A stretch of 63,971 bases of DNA, counting the filler, from Dimargaris cristalligena (Eukaryota), in assembly GCA_003614675.1 (NCBI GenBank). It is 5 parts of 5 records of this genome, joined end to end, with 100 filler letters (N's around TTAATTAATTAA, not from the genome) between each part and the next. Parts side by side here need not be neighbours in the genome. Positions count along the whole stretch, not along the records: positions 1 to 12,853 come from ML003020.1; positions 12,954 to 25,786 come from ML003021.1; 3 more parts are not named here. One strand, 5' to 3'. The position numbers and the translations under genes are program-made. The notes under the pieces were generated by a model that was not told the DNA's origin, did no database searches, and was given only the letters and a program-made list of their open reading frames with translations. Positions 1-13,589 of this stretch are shown here, in pieces (position 1 is the stretch's first letter; each line of letters opens with the position of its first letter).

Positions 1-179
1 GCAAGGTTGAGCGTGGGGGATACCAGTGAAAATAAAATAGATTTAGTTAGAAACCAGCTAGATAGTTAAAATAGGGATGATGCATAGACTAATTTGGGGA
101 TATACTGTAAGCTAGATAGCTTATAGTCCTGAAGATGATAATCGACCAAGGCAAATTAGGGATGCCAAAAACCACTTAC

Positions 180-707
180 CCTTCGCCTTCGGGAGGGATT
201 TGGGCGCTACCGTGGCGATGCGCTATTATGGTGTACGGTCCATTTACCCGGAAGCAATATATATATATATATAATGTTAAGTTAACAAAATGGCCGAGGC
301 TCTCTAGCCGGAGAAAATCGGTATCGCAGTACCAGACCCGTAAGTGTTGCGTGAGGCTGAACGGAGTCGGTCACCGGCAAGGAAGTGGGGGACATCATTG
401 GAGAAAGGTATTTGGCCCCTGACCTCTGTAGGTCACATAAGATAATGTGTACAGAGAGAGGGAATGTGGGGAGGGACCGAGACTTACCTGAAGTAGCATG
501 GAGAGATCGCACCTTGGCCTTGGAGACCCATTTAGCGGGGGCCCGAATGAGCCCCGGGGCATTGAGGTTTCTAGAGACCGGGGCTAGGTTGGAATAAGAC
601 CAACTGTGGGAGAGCCGCCATACGGGTACGATTGCGGTGGTTGGCCGGGACGGGAGGGTATTTGGCACACGGGTGCCACGGACTAAGGCAGATCTAAGAA
701 CGAACAT
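180..707 (-). CDS. 5' part of a mitochondrial precursor protein, possibly ferredoxin/adrenodoxin (Yah1-like); continues off the window start
   Basis: ATG at 707. Arg/Ser-rich, acid-free presequence MFVLRSALVRGTRV...RSLHATS; donor GTAAGT after 488; exon 2 at 180-222 (TAG acceptor, GTAAGT donor) reads in frame AHRHGSAQIPPEGEG, reminiscent of the HG...P.PGE segment preceding fungal ferredoxin domains. The 2Fe-2S domain itself is not in the window. Confidence 0.35.
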
Positions 708-2264
708 GGCGAAAACTAATTGAGGCTGGAACAGCAGACAAGGGTCTGTAATAATGTAAAAGGGATATACTGGAGAAGGGCGTGAATACAATATATTAAG
801 GTGAGAAGGAGAATGCTACAGTAGTGGTAAAGGAATTGGGGCCAAAGGTAGAGAGAGAGAGAGTTGAGTGGAGTGGTTGGTGTACGCGCAAGGGGGGGGT
901 GTGACGAGGCTTCTTCCCATTATAAGGAAAAAAACAGCAAGGCGGTGTGGTGGGTTGTTAGTCACGAATTATCAGATTATTTCCTTAGGACTGGGCATTT
1001 TCCAAAATTCAGTCGTCTCGTTAATGAAGTATCCTTCTCTGCTGCCACACACAGCACATGAATCTTCTTGACACAACTACCGGAGCGCCCTATAAAGCCC
1101 CGGCCCCGGTCCCCAATCACTGGCTCCGTAAATTTTCCACAAATGATTGGCGAGCCAGCAGGTCCTAAAAGTATCGAAATTTAGGCCTCGGCGCCATTCC
1201 AGTCAATTGATAGTATATTCCTCGACTATTGAGCGGAATACGTTTATGGATCTCTGGCAGGCTGTAGTTTATGATACAATACCGTTGCCAACTTTTCCAT
1301 TCTTTGGCATTCCTCTAGTTTAGGCGGTTTCTGAGATAATAGCCACATAGTGCGAGTCAGTTTTGCCCTAATTTAACTAGAGTCTCTCCTCGCATCAAAA
1401 TGCGCTATTTATTAGGTTCGGATTTAATCCCTAGTATACTATTCCTGAATCCCCGGATATTGGGTTTGTCCGTGGCCCTCTCCTATTTACATTGGGTGTC
1501 TAAATTTGCGGCTGCTTTCATAACTGTAGATTGAAGGAGGAATACGGGCATTTTTCGATTCACGGGCTGGTTTAGTAAACACCGCTCTTCTACTCACTTG
1601 CCGTGGCCGAAACCCTCGAAAACTGATTTCTATTATTGAATCGTTGAACAAACCCGTTGACTGGTGGTATTTTTTCATCGTACTCACTGTGGCTGTCCTA
1701 CTTTAGTTTCTCGACTAAGGATTATATACATATATATGTTATGCGTGAATCCTATATATACTCCCCACAAAGTGCTCCACTTGGATGCATTCCTGGACTT
1801 CCCCTTTTCTTAAAGTCAAGTTCATTTCCGCGATTCACCTTGGTTTGGCACGCCATTCTTCCAGTCTTCTTTCTTTTCGTTATCCAATACGAGTCCGCCC
1901 GTCGGGTACCTTGTGACTTGATTCAATCGCCTTCAATTCCCTGAGCAGTACCATCAATAGCTAGAATATACGCCCCCGCGGTGGTGTCAATCCCGGAAGT
2001 AGTAGTGTACACACCCCTTACCACAAGGTTCCAACGTACTCCCACCACCACGAAACAGCCGTATTCCCCTGTATTCACCTTTACTACATTAAACCCATTT
2101 ACAAGCCAACCCCATTGCTTTCCCATTGTTCCTTAGTGTACCAAAAGTATTATTGGCTATATATATTTGCGTAGACCGCTGTTTTGTCCTCTTAAGTAGG
2201 CCGTACTGCCATCGTCTTTTTTTTTTTCTCCACAGCTCCCCACCGCCTCCCATTTCCCCCGACC

Positions 2265-4402
<2,138 letters not shown>

Positions 4403-4557
4403 ACTGGCTAATTTGTTTGGTGTAGTTTATCCTACTTTGAAAGGGGGACCTCTCGCTTAACTTGTTGGAGTTCGGGGTTTGCCATTCTCATTGCCCGTCT
4501 TCTTTAGGTTTTTTACTTCGCATCCCCCTAATTTGTACTTTGGCCTATGATATTATC

Positions 4558-4591
<34 letters not shown>

Positions 4592-5029
4592 TTAAGTATT
4601 GAATTTCCCACCGAAATATGAAATTATTGGATTTAAATAGTATAGATAAAGTCATTCTCATATATAGAACCTGATCAGTAAAGCTGCATGAAAAGGCCGA
4701 TGAAGGGTTAAATGAAGCGTACCTACTTTGGTTTGCAGAATTTGCATTACTGGTTGGTGTAGTGGCTTCGATTTATCACCCAATATTTAGTAAGTTACCG
4801 CCCGTAATCTATCGCTTGTCCAACCATTGTTTAATATTCTACGACGTAGGAGACCGTTTTTAGATAATAAAAAAAAACCCCGCTCCCAGCAATGCAATTC
4901 GCGGGCGGAGGGCCTAGACGACATCAGATATTTTGGAAGGCTTCTAGGGATGGCAGGGAAAGAAATGTGCGATATAAATCCATTTGTCACACCCAATTGG
5001 CCCATTCCCCATACTGAACAGGAAATACT

Positions 5030-5874
5030 GTTTTAGCTACTGCCGTTGGACCTTACTACAGGTTTTCTGGTGCTTAAAATGAAGGCATTTAATGGGAAAC
5101 CCTTGCCTACGAAATGGCCACTTATAGGGGGGCTTGGTATTTTACGGATGCTGATGCCGTCTCGTGCGCGTGGCATTTTGAAATTGTTTGAAACAGTATG
5201 GACAGTGGTGCCAATTGGGGGTACATTCGGAGTCTTTCTGACGCATATGCCCCAAATGGCGGGTTCGATTTTTGAAACTCCAGCCCACAGTCCCCGCGGG
5301 TCTGATTATAGGCACAGGTTCGGGTCTTCTGGTGTTTAGACACATCATGGCTATTTTTAAAGGTTAACCTGCAGCTGGAGCAAGCCAGACCACGGCATTT
5401 GGCTTCGTGACTCTTATATCCGCTCTTGGTGGAAACCATAGCCCCGCATTGCTTACATTCCAGACCAGTACCGGCCCGGTGGACCCGTAGGTGGTTCTCC
5501 CATTAGGTCTTACCAATGGGCTGGCGTGGGCAGGTCGAATTGCCTCGGTATTGGCAACACTGATAATCCACTTCTTCGGTAGGACGGGCCTCCGGGTGCT
5601 TCTTCGTGGGAGGGGAGTGTTGGCTGCTAGGCGGGGAGGGACCACCAGTATGATCATCGGGTCTACGCATCACGATGCCCTGTTCTGGCACTAGTTCAGG
5701 GCTCGACGGCAGTGTGACGGGATGATGAATATCGGTGTTAAATTAGGGGTGGGAGTGGGGGTGAGTCAAGTTAGCTTCGGGGGACCCCATCGATTCCGCA
5801 GCCACCGGGTATGATGAGGTCTGGTCACCGGTCAGGTAGCTCGCCGCACCTCTATTCGCATCCGTTCCGGCCAT
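5030..5874 (-). pseudogene. Degenerate multi-zinc-finger (CxxC...HxxxC/H) gene
   Basis: One frame runs 5691 to 5122 through an in-frame TAA (5503-5505): ...PIGKT*WENHLRVH...CKQCGAMVSTKSGYKSHEAKC...CSSCRLTFKNSHDVSKHQKTRTC; a further finger CPYCFKQFQNATRTRRHQH lies in another frame. Possible first exon ATG 5874 (MAGTDANR). 3' end approximate. Confidence 0.5.
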
Positions 5875-6426
5875 GTTCCCCTCTACCCATGATCAACTAC
5901 GGGGTCATCGTACAGCCAGTCGCAATCTACAATCGGATTGGTCGGTAAGGACCGATGGTCCACCCAGATATATTTATCCAGTTCCAGAAAATCAACGTCG
6001 TAGTTCGAATACAACTGCCCTTGGTTTTTGTTTACCCGTGCAGTGGGCTGTTCAGGGTGGTCGCGGGTGTGAGGCCGTAGTTTGGTGGATACTGAGCCGA
6101 GTAGTCCAGCAGCGAGGCTGAACGCGGCCAGTTTCGCCCAAACATGCATTTTGGGAGCTGTTTAATATATAGAGTAACTAATACTACCCAACACAAAAGG
6201 TGGGTTATATAATTGTAGTGATAGACGCAATACAAATAATATGGAGGCACTCAGTCTAAGGTGGGTCTTGATAAAAGGTGCATATATTAGCAGGTGACCT
6301 GTGTGATAAACGATATAATCTGGGGGTCAAAAGGAAAATAAAAGTATTGGATACAAAGCTGCCCGGAATACTCCTTGTTAAGACTACGCGGATAATGGAC
6401 CGTTCACACCACCACCCATCTAATAC

Positions 6427-6454
<28 letters not shown>

Positions 6455-6459
<5 letters not shown>

Positions 6460-6590
6460 AGGTTCAGTTCAGCTGTAAAACCAAAAAGCCCGTTTGATAT
6501 GTAAGGTCCTGCTGGTTAAAGATAAAGGTTTCTCCTATTTTTCCGCTTCCGTCTCATTCAACATTTTTTACTATTGTGTTGAATTATGGC
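6455..6590 (-). mobile_element. Degenerate copy of the ~144-bp hairpin/MITE family
   Basis: gaggttcagttcagctgtaaaa...ccgtttgat...ctggttaaa...tgtgttgaatt aligns loosely with copy 42681-42824; termini eroded, boundaries approximate. Confidence 0.4.
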
Positions 6591-7740
6591 ACCATCCCAT
6601 TCTGCCTGTGTCGCCAAATCTGGCCTACTCGACTATCGGCAAAAAAAGGGTTGAAGGTGGGGTTATGAGGGAAATGGGGGAAGGGATGGCGAAGTTCTTC
6701 ACAGCCCGGAAATGGTGGCGATACCCTGTATATCAGTTGGTAGTGCGAAGGGCCAAGCGGAAGATCCACAAAATAATTATATAGATAGACACTCTTTTTG
6801 CCCTTGGACTTCGCGTTGCCATTGAAGCTGACATCTAACCATGGGTAGCGCAATCATGAGCGGGTCGCAGCCAACTAATATGTATAAGCACTCCCTTATT
6901 GCACGCCGGAAAGCCCCCTCCCTGAGTTATAGTCGGCCGGCAAATGCATTGGACAATTCACTCTTGGTCTATAAATTAGGGATATATTTAGTATCGGAAG
7001 TATAGTAGTGGGCTATCAATGGGCTACACAGGGTGTGTTCTGGTACAATACTTCCTAATTAATGACTAATATTCGCCATATTAGATTGGTCAATTGGAAC
7101 TATACTGGTCAGAGCGTTTGCGGAGGCCATGCCCAATCCTACTACCGATGTAAATCTAGCCCATTTCCCCCAAGGTGCTCTGGGCCCAACCAACTCCTTG
7201 AACTCTAACGAGGGCTCATCTGCCTATTTACAGATGGGTACGCCACCGACGGTTCTCAAATTTTTCTCATTTCGATTTTAAAAAGAGTCAATGTCCGTTA
7301 AAGATTCGCTAATGGGGGGATGCCTGGAAGTCTTGGTATGCCATTCGCTGGATAGAATCCCGTATTTAAACTAGTCGGGGTATACCAGCCCAACTAGTTA
7401 AGAAAATATCACGCAAGTTACTGGTGTAGATGATAGAGAGATACGCTGTGGTTTATTGGAGAATTATGGGGTTATTTATTGAGTCTATGGCTGTGATATT
7501 ACAGAGCCTTGGAGGGTGTATATTTCAATAATCCTCATAAAACGACCGAATGAAAGGGGTTCCGTAAAATAACCCAAGTTTGAATGGGCTAATTGGAGTA
7601 GAGAATGATGCAGGAATGTATAGAGGTTGGGCGAATGATAAATATTGCGGCGCATAGTGAACAGACACTGGGAGGAGTAGTGTTGGCCTTGTCACTTTAG
7701 GGCGGAGGACGAGGGCTAGTTCGTCACTCATACCGTGACA

Positions 7741-7929
7741 CTAGTTCTGGGTGAAGCTCTTTCCCCTCTTGGCATCACGGCGGATGAGGGTCTGTTCCTC
7801 ACTACCGCTGCGACGCACCAAGGGCGAAAGGTGGGAAAGGGCAGAAGTGTCGGGCAGGCTGGCCAGGGCAACAACACCCAGGGCAAAGGCGGCGACAAGG
7901 AAGGTCTTGATGAAAGAAGCGGACTGCAT
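7741..7929 (-). CDS. Small secreted peptide precursor, copy A (62 aa)
   Basis: MQSASFIKTFLVAAFALGVVALASLPDTSALSHLSPLVRRSGSEEQTLIRRDAKRGKSFTQN: hydrophobic signal peptide, RR/RR/KR dibasic sites, TATAAAA box at ~8060-8068 on the minus strand, near-identical inverted paralog at 10006. Confidence 0.75.
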   Translation of the reverse strand: MQSASFIKTFLVAAFALGVVALASLPDTSALSHLSPLVRRSGSEEQTLIRRDAKRGKSFTQN

Positions 7930-8627
7930 TATGAAGAGGGGGAAGTGGGAGTTTGAGTGGGGGAAGGGAGGAGTAAAAACGTTGGATTGGAATGAAGAAG
8001 TGAGGTAAATGGATGGGATGCTTGGATAATATTGAGAGTACCGGTGGGCGGATGGCAACCTTTTATATTAGAGTGACCAGAAGGTTAATGAGCTACCACT
8101 CCTCAGTGGCCGGTTTATTATGTATTTCTCTAGTCACCCAGCAACGAAACACCGTCAAGACCTAATGCCCTACTATACGATAATTTTTTGAGGGTGGCGG
8201 GGGAAAACCGGCCAATCCTTCGATTATGTTATTTTTCACTCTCTAGCTAATTATATGACCCTGTAATATAGGCATAGCTTCGGCACGGCCAATACACCAT
8301 GGCATTACCGTGAGGAGTTGGTCCATATTTAAATTTTAGGTATTCGCTACACTTAATAATGGCGCGGTTTAGATCGACAGCTTTGTAAGAAACGGTCGAT
8401 TAAAACGGGTCCTGGGATCCCTACCATCGAACTGCGCACTGGACCACCCCGTCGATTATCCCTCCAATGCCCCCGTTTGGTTTTCATCGCTCAGGAAATG
8501 GACCCTACTAGATTCTTTAGAAAAAAAACCAATATTATCCATATTGACCTACATACCTAAGTCTCTAGAGTCAAGTGTATGTACGCCGCTTAGCTGATGA
8601 AAAGTCATATCCTCCCTCCAACTAATA

Positions 8628-8771
8628 ATATGGGTGAAATTCAAGCCAGCTGTATAAAGTTTTACATGATTTGTGTATGGGAGAGTATGTGGGAATAACC
8701 ATTTTAACCAGTAATGTTGGCCCCATCTAATGGATTTTCCGTTATACAGCCGGGATGAACTTCTCCCATAT
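8628..8771 (+). mobile_element. ~144-bp MITE-like hairpin element
   Basis: ATATGGGTGAAATTCAAGCCAGCTGTATAA ... TTATACAGCCGGGATGAACTTCTCCCATAT: ~30-bp imperfect terminal inverted repeats; homologous copies elsewhere in the window. Confidence 0.8.
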
Positions 8772-9865
8772 AAACCATCCTGTAACAGACCAAAACTGCT
8801 AAACTACCATGAAGCAAGGCTACAAAGTTAGTCCCGCGACAATTTACAGTGCACCCCCACCTATACAAGTGAGCCACTGAACTGAGGATAGCTGGGCTCC
8901 GTGTTTAACGAACAGTAAAAACCTACATCCCAGGTTGGAGAACTATGGGGGCACTATGGCTAATCGATATGGGTCACCACCACCCAGACCTTCACAAGGG
9001 GATGTGGATAAACACCTTCTCACCCTTCTCCCTTAGCTATTAGACTGCAGCAGTGAAGTAAAACAATTCCCTTCTGTTCCCCATGCTTCTCTTCATAAGG
9101 CCGTTATCCTTGGACAAAGGTGCGGAATCCAACGAGTGACTAATCCCTTGGAGAGTGTATGTATACCTCTTTACCTCCTGTCCCCTTTGGTGTCAATTAA
9201 AACGCCCGTCGGACTTCGGCTAATCGTTCCCCTGGCCGGATAAACATAATCCGTGATGGCCCTTTTCCAAGTTGAACGGTCGCTGCAAGCCACTGTAGAT
9301 TATTATAACCACCCCCCTTTATGCTATGGTATTGTATTCTTCCCTCGATTAGTTGATCATCACCGTGGAAAAGAAGGTTCACGGGAAGCCAATTAGGGTG
9401 TTGTTAACACACAGTAGGGTGGCTATTGGGCATGGATGGTCCCATCGAAGGGGGCTGTGACTGTTAAGAAGAATAAGAAGTCCGTAAATCCCCAAGGGCT
9501 GTAACAACGACCTAGGTGGCCCGAGTCCGGGAAATCCCAATACATACTACTAGTCTCCCCCATTTATTAGATGAGACTGGCCCCAAGCCACAGGATGTAA
9601 TACAAAGCCTCTATGAGAAACCCTCGAAAGAGAAGTCTCATTAAATCCCGTCTCTTCCAGAGGAGTAGCACTTTGGTCTACTCCCCTAACTTAACTTCAG
9701 AAAATACTATGAGTGAAATGGACGATAGTGCGCCTAAGCGATATTCCGGCTAGGAATACCAATACCATAAGTGTAGTGAATTCATTGCTGGTGACTAAAG
9801 GTGGGACAACCGTTTTTGGGGCCAACCAGTTCTCGTATTTCCTGTCACTGTATTCCGAGTCATTC

Positions 9866-9876
9866 AATATAAAAGG
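9866..9876 (+). promoter_or_regulatory. TATA box of peptide gene B (mirror copy at ~8059-8068 for gene A)
   Basis: AATATAAAAGG ~135 bp upstream of the ATG in both copies; marks the start of the high-identity part of the duplication. Confidence 0.55.
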
Positions 9877-10005
9877 TTACCATCCGCCCACCGGTATTCT
9901 CAATATTATCCAAGCATTCTACCCATTTACCTCACTTCTTCATTCCAATCCAACATTTTTACTCCTCCCTTCCCCCACTCAAACTCCCACTTCCCCCTCT
10001 TCATA

Positions 10006-10194
10006 ATGCAGTCCGCTTCTTTCATCAAGACCTTCCTTGTCGCCGCCCTCGCCTTGGGTGCTTTTGCCCTGGCCAGCCTGCCCGACACTTCTGCCCTTTC
10101 CCACTCTTCACCCCTAGTGCGCCGCAGCGGTAGTGAGGAACAGACCCTCATCCGCCGTGATGCCAAGAGGGGAAAGAGCTTCACCCAGAACTAG
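10006..10194 (+). CDS. Small secreted peptide precursor, copy B (62 aa)
   Basis: MQSASFIKTFLVAALALGAFALASLPDTSALSHSSPLVRRSGSEEQTLIRRDAKRGKSFTQN; TATAAAA at ~9868, pyrimidine-rich 5' leader; 4 aa differences from copy A. Confidence 0.75.
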   Translation: MQSASFIKTFLVAALALGAFALASLPDTSALSHSSPLVRRSGSEEQTLIRRDAKRGKSFTQN

Positions 10195-10763
10195 GTCTAT
10201 AGCATGCATGACAAACTACCCTCATCCTCCACCCCAAAGCGACAAGACCAGCACCCCTCCCTCCAGTTTCCGGCCACTATTCCCAGCAACAGTACCATCC
10301 ACCAATCCACCCATCCTTCTCTATACACTATTGCATTACTATTCATTCGCTTACATATATTTAGATAGTTAGTATTGGCCCATTTATAAAACCGGGTATT
10401 TTAGTTGAATATATATTTACATACTATCCGTCTGCTGTGTTATAACGGCAATGTCAATTGAATAGAAAATGGCTTGAACCCCACAAATATACTCAAATGC
10501 CGATATACTTTTCTGAATATTGATGTCTGTGATAAGGGTCACTCTACAAGATAATGGGGAGGATGACAATAGTTATAGGTATGCATAAGCTTGGGAGACA
10601 GTGTTATTAACCATAATTTCCATGGATCCAGAGTGCAGATGGCACTGAGATATAGAAGGTGGATTTAACAATGACCCAATGAAGAAGCAAATTATAGATA
10701 ATAGTAAGCCAAAGAATTAGTGATTAATTACTAGGAAATGTCTAGGGGAATTAAGAACTCAGT

Positions 10764-11347
10764 TTTTGCCCGGGTTAATCACTCTTAGTCCTTTAAGAGT
10801 CCTGGGGATAGGCTTCTAATGGTAGGTGGGGCTTAGGCTCAGCCAAGTAGTTACTAGCATCAGGTACAGGGTATAACACTAACTAATAAATGCTAAGCAG
10901 CCAGTATATATAAGGGATGTGCAGTGGGCACACTTACTAGTCAGCTATGGGGGTGTGAGTATAGATAGAGTTTATTAGGGGTAAACTAAGGGTAAGAAAA
11001 AGCTCCAACCTCTAATCAGTCCCAATGGGGCCTGGTTATATATATGCAGGGACAAATCCAGAGGGAGGTATCAAGGTAAGGATACTACTAAGACTAAGGT
11101 ATAGGTAAATAGGCTGACCTGATGGCTGCTAGTATCTGGAAAACTTGGAGGGTAACTAGAAGAGTCTAATGGATCAGTACTTAAGTGATTAATACAAATA
11201 GGTAGAGTCTGGCTGGGGGAAGGTTATATAATAAAGGATAATCCCATAATACTGGGTGTAACTATAGGAAATCTAATAAGGTACTATAAGGCCTAATATA
11301 GTCAAATGCTAAGCCATCCAGATTATGGTGGATTCAATGGTTTGACA
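10764..11347 (+). mobile_element. LTR-like repeat (family 1, ~580 bp), solo copy; strand is arbitrary
   Basis: Shares core ...GGATAGGCTTCTAATGGTAGGTGGGGCTTAGGCT... with five other copies; ends ...TTTGACA; almost no CpG. Confidence 0.75.
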
Positions 11348-11798
11348 GTTATTTAAGTCAAATTTTAATATATACTAGTGTATAGGTTATATAGGCCCAC
11401 CATAATGTTGGAGTATCTATGGCCTCTTTCACTTGTTGGGAACATTCAACAATATATACATACATCCCAACTGCAAATATCTGTATCAGTTACTATAATC
11501 ACTCCTAGACTATATATTATTCCATATGTGCTCTCAGTATAACTCATAATCAAAATCTTATAAAACTCTATACTAAAAACCCCTACTAACCAGAATAGCA
11601 TTTACAAGCCATTGTTATCAATAGCCCAGCTCACCATTTGAACAGTAATTATTAGGCACTACTAGGACCAGGGCTTGTGTGTTGGGGTCAATTAAACTAC
11701 CCATTGTTATTATAATCTTATGATATACCTTCTATATTGTTTGAAACATTAATATATAAGGGCCTACATTTACCTATTCTAATTTTAATATTTGGAAT

Positions 11799-12381
11799 TA
11801 TTGGACCATCTAATCCTCCGTAATATGGACACTATAGTATCCATCCCTATAAGGCCTTATAGCACCATATTAACCTTCCCATAGTCACCCCTGGTACTAT
11901 GTAATTACCTTATATCATATAACTCTTCCCCTTCTGGACTCCAGCTCTTCACACTAATCACTCAAGTGCTGATCTGAAAACTCTTCTGGTTACCATCAGA
12001 GTCTTCTGGATACTAGCAGCCATCTGGTTAGCCTATTTACCTATACTGTAGTCTTAGTAGTAGTCTTCTCTTAGGACCTCCTTCTGGAGTTGTCCCTGCA
12101 TATATATAACTAGGCCCTATTAGGACCAGTTAGATTCCTCAGCTTATTCTGACCCCCTACTTTACCCCAATGAACTCCATATATACTCACTCCCCCATAG
12201 CTGGCTAGTAAGTGTGCCCACTGCATGTCCCTTGCATATACTGGCTACTTAGCCTTTATTAGTTAGTGTTGTACCCTATACCTGATACTAGTAGCTGCTT
12301 AGCTGAGCCTAAGCCCCACCTACTGTTAAAAGCCTATCCTTGGGACTCTTGATGGACTAAGCGTGGTTAACCCAGGTAACA
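11799..12381 (-). mobile_element. LTR-like repeat (family 1), inverted relative to 10764-11347
   Basis: Reverse complement of the preceding copy (AGCCTAAGCCCCACCTAC...GGTTAACCCAGGTAACA); TG...CA type termini, one mutated to TA. Confidence 0.75.
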
Positions 12382-12853
12382 CCATTATACTAGATTTAGT
12401 ACATATGGCCAGTTGGCAACACTAATACCATTTACTGATGACTAAGAGCCACAAATGAATTTTCGAAACTAAAATATATTGGCAATATTATTATATACCC
12501 CTGGTTGCAGAACAATCTACCCTATTAAAAACAGCCCAATTGGCTTTGTTGCTACCCAATTGGGTATGTGTTTATTATGGGAGTCATATACCAGCCTTCC
12601 CGGTTAACACTTGAAGGCCTACTCTACACACCTTCACTACTGACCCGAGCTTCTCTTAGATAACATTGGGGTCTTCCAAACACACGTAAATAATGTTAAT
12701 GAACAAGTCAGCAAGTGTATAAACTAATAACGAATATTGAGTATCTAGTGTGACGTTTTATTGAAGCATATAATAGTAGGGAATTGTATGTATGTAGCGA
12801 ATGTGCAAATAGTCGAAAACCAGTAGGATCATAGTAATCTAAGGCTACTCAAA

Positions 12854-12953
12854 NNNNNNNNNNNNNNNNNNNNNNNNNNNNNNNNNNNNNNNNNNNNTTA
12901 ATTAATTAANNNNNNNNNNNNNNNNNNNNNNNNNNNNNNNNNNNNNNNNNNNN
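12854..12953. other. Artificial contig spacer (N44-TTAATTAATTAA-N44)
   Basis: Six-frame-stop linker flanked by 44 Ns on each side. Confidence 0.97.
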
Positions 12954-13589
12954 TTTGTGAATCGGAAATGGCCCCCTCCCCACAACGGGGAAAACGACCG
13001 GTTGGCACGATTGGACGGAAAAGCGACGCATGGTGCAGGCGCGACAAAACGGAAAGTAGGTGTAGGTCACGGAGAGACAATTGGAGTCCTGAACCAGCAA
13101 TTGCCCTATGGGCAGTTTATCCCACATCACTGGCCGGATCGGATGCGGGGCGAGAAACTCTAAGCCCGCCTGGCGTACCACCCGGGGAAGCACCATAAGT
13201 TCCCAAAATTCCGTGTTTTCCTGGGAGGCGGCATCAGGATCCAATGTCTCTTTCTGACAATTTTCGTACTCGGTTTCCGGGGCCGCTTTTAAAACCATGG
13301 GTTTAATGTCCACCGCCTTGGCCCGTTTTCGTTTACCCGTCGCGCTTTTTTTAGCGGGGGCCGTATCGGCGGGCGGGCCGCAGCCGGGGGTACGCTTGAT
13401 GGAACTGGGTGCCGGGTTGACTCGAATGCGACTCCAGCTAGACCGCAGGAAATTGGCCGGCGAGTCACCGCCATTTTTGGATTGGCCGTAATAGACCGGG
13501 GGCTTTCGTCGGGGAGTACGCCGCGGCGTCGACGTCACGGAACCCTGGCTTACATCGTCGTCGTCACTAATGGTTATTGCCCTGGGCAT
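12954..13589 (-). CDS. 5' part of a nuclear protein, possibly KDM3/JMJD1-like (truncated by contig end)
   Basis: ATG at 13589 (MPRAITISDDDD), basic NLS-like tracts (KRKRAK), then LVQDSNC...PFCRACTMRR...C, resembling the FLQDGSC...KCREC Cys-rich segment of KDM3-family proteins; JmjC domain not in window. Confidence 0.4.

Noticed and set aside
7751-8008. Conserved antisense 85-aa ORFs (7751-8008 + and 9927-10184 -)
   Set aside because: Non-ATG start, shadow of the duplicated peptide genes; TATA box, signal peptide and codon pattern support the opposite strand.
8628-8771. Hairpin family as tRNA/SINE or CRISPR-like repeat
   Set aside because: No A/B boxes or cloverleaf, no poly(A) tail, dispersed rather than arrayed with spacers.
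12898-12909. Recurrent TTAATTAATTAA palindrome at ~12.9-kb periodicity
   Set aside because: Six-frame-stop assembly linker inside N runs, not biological.
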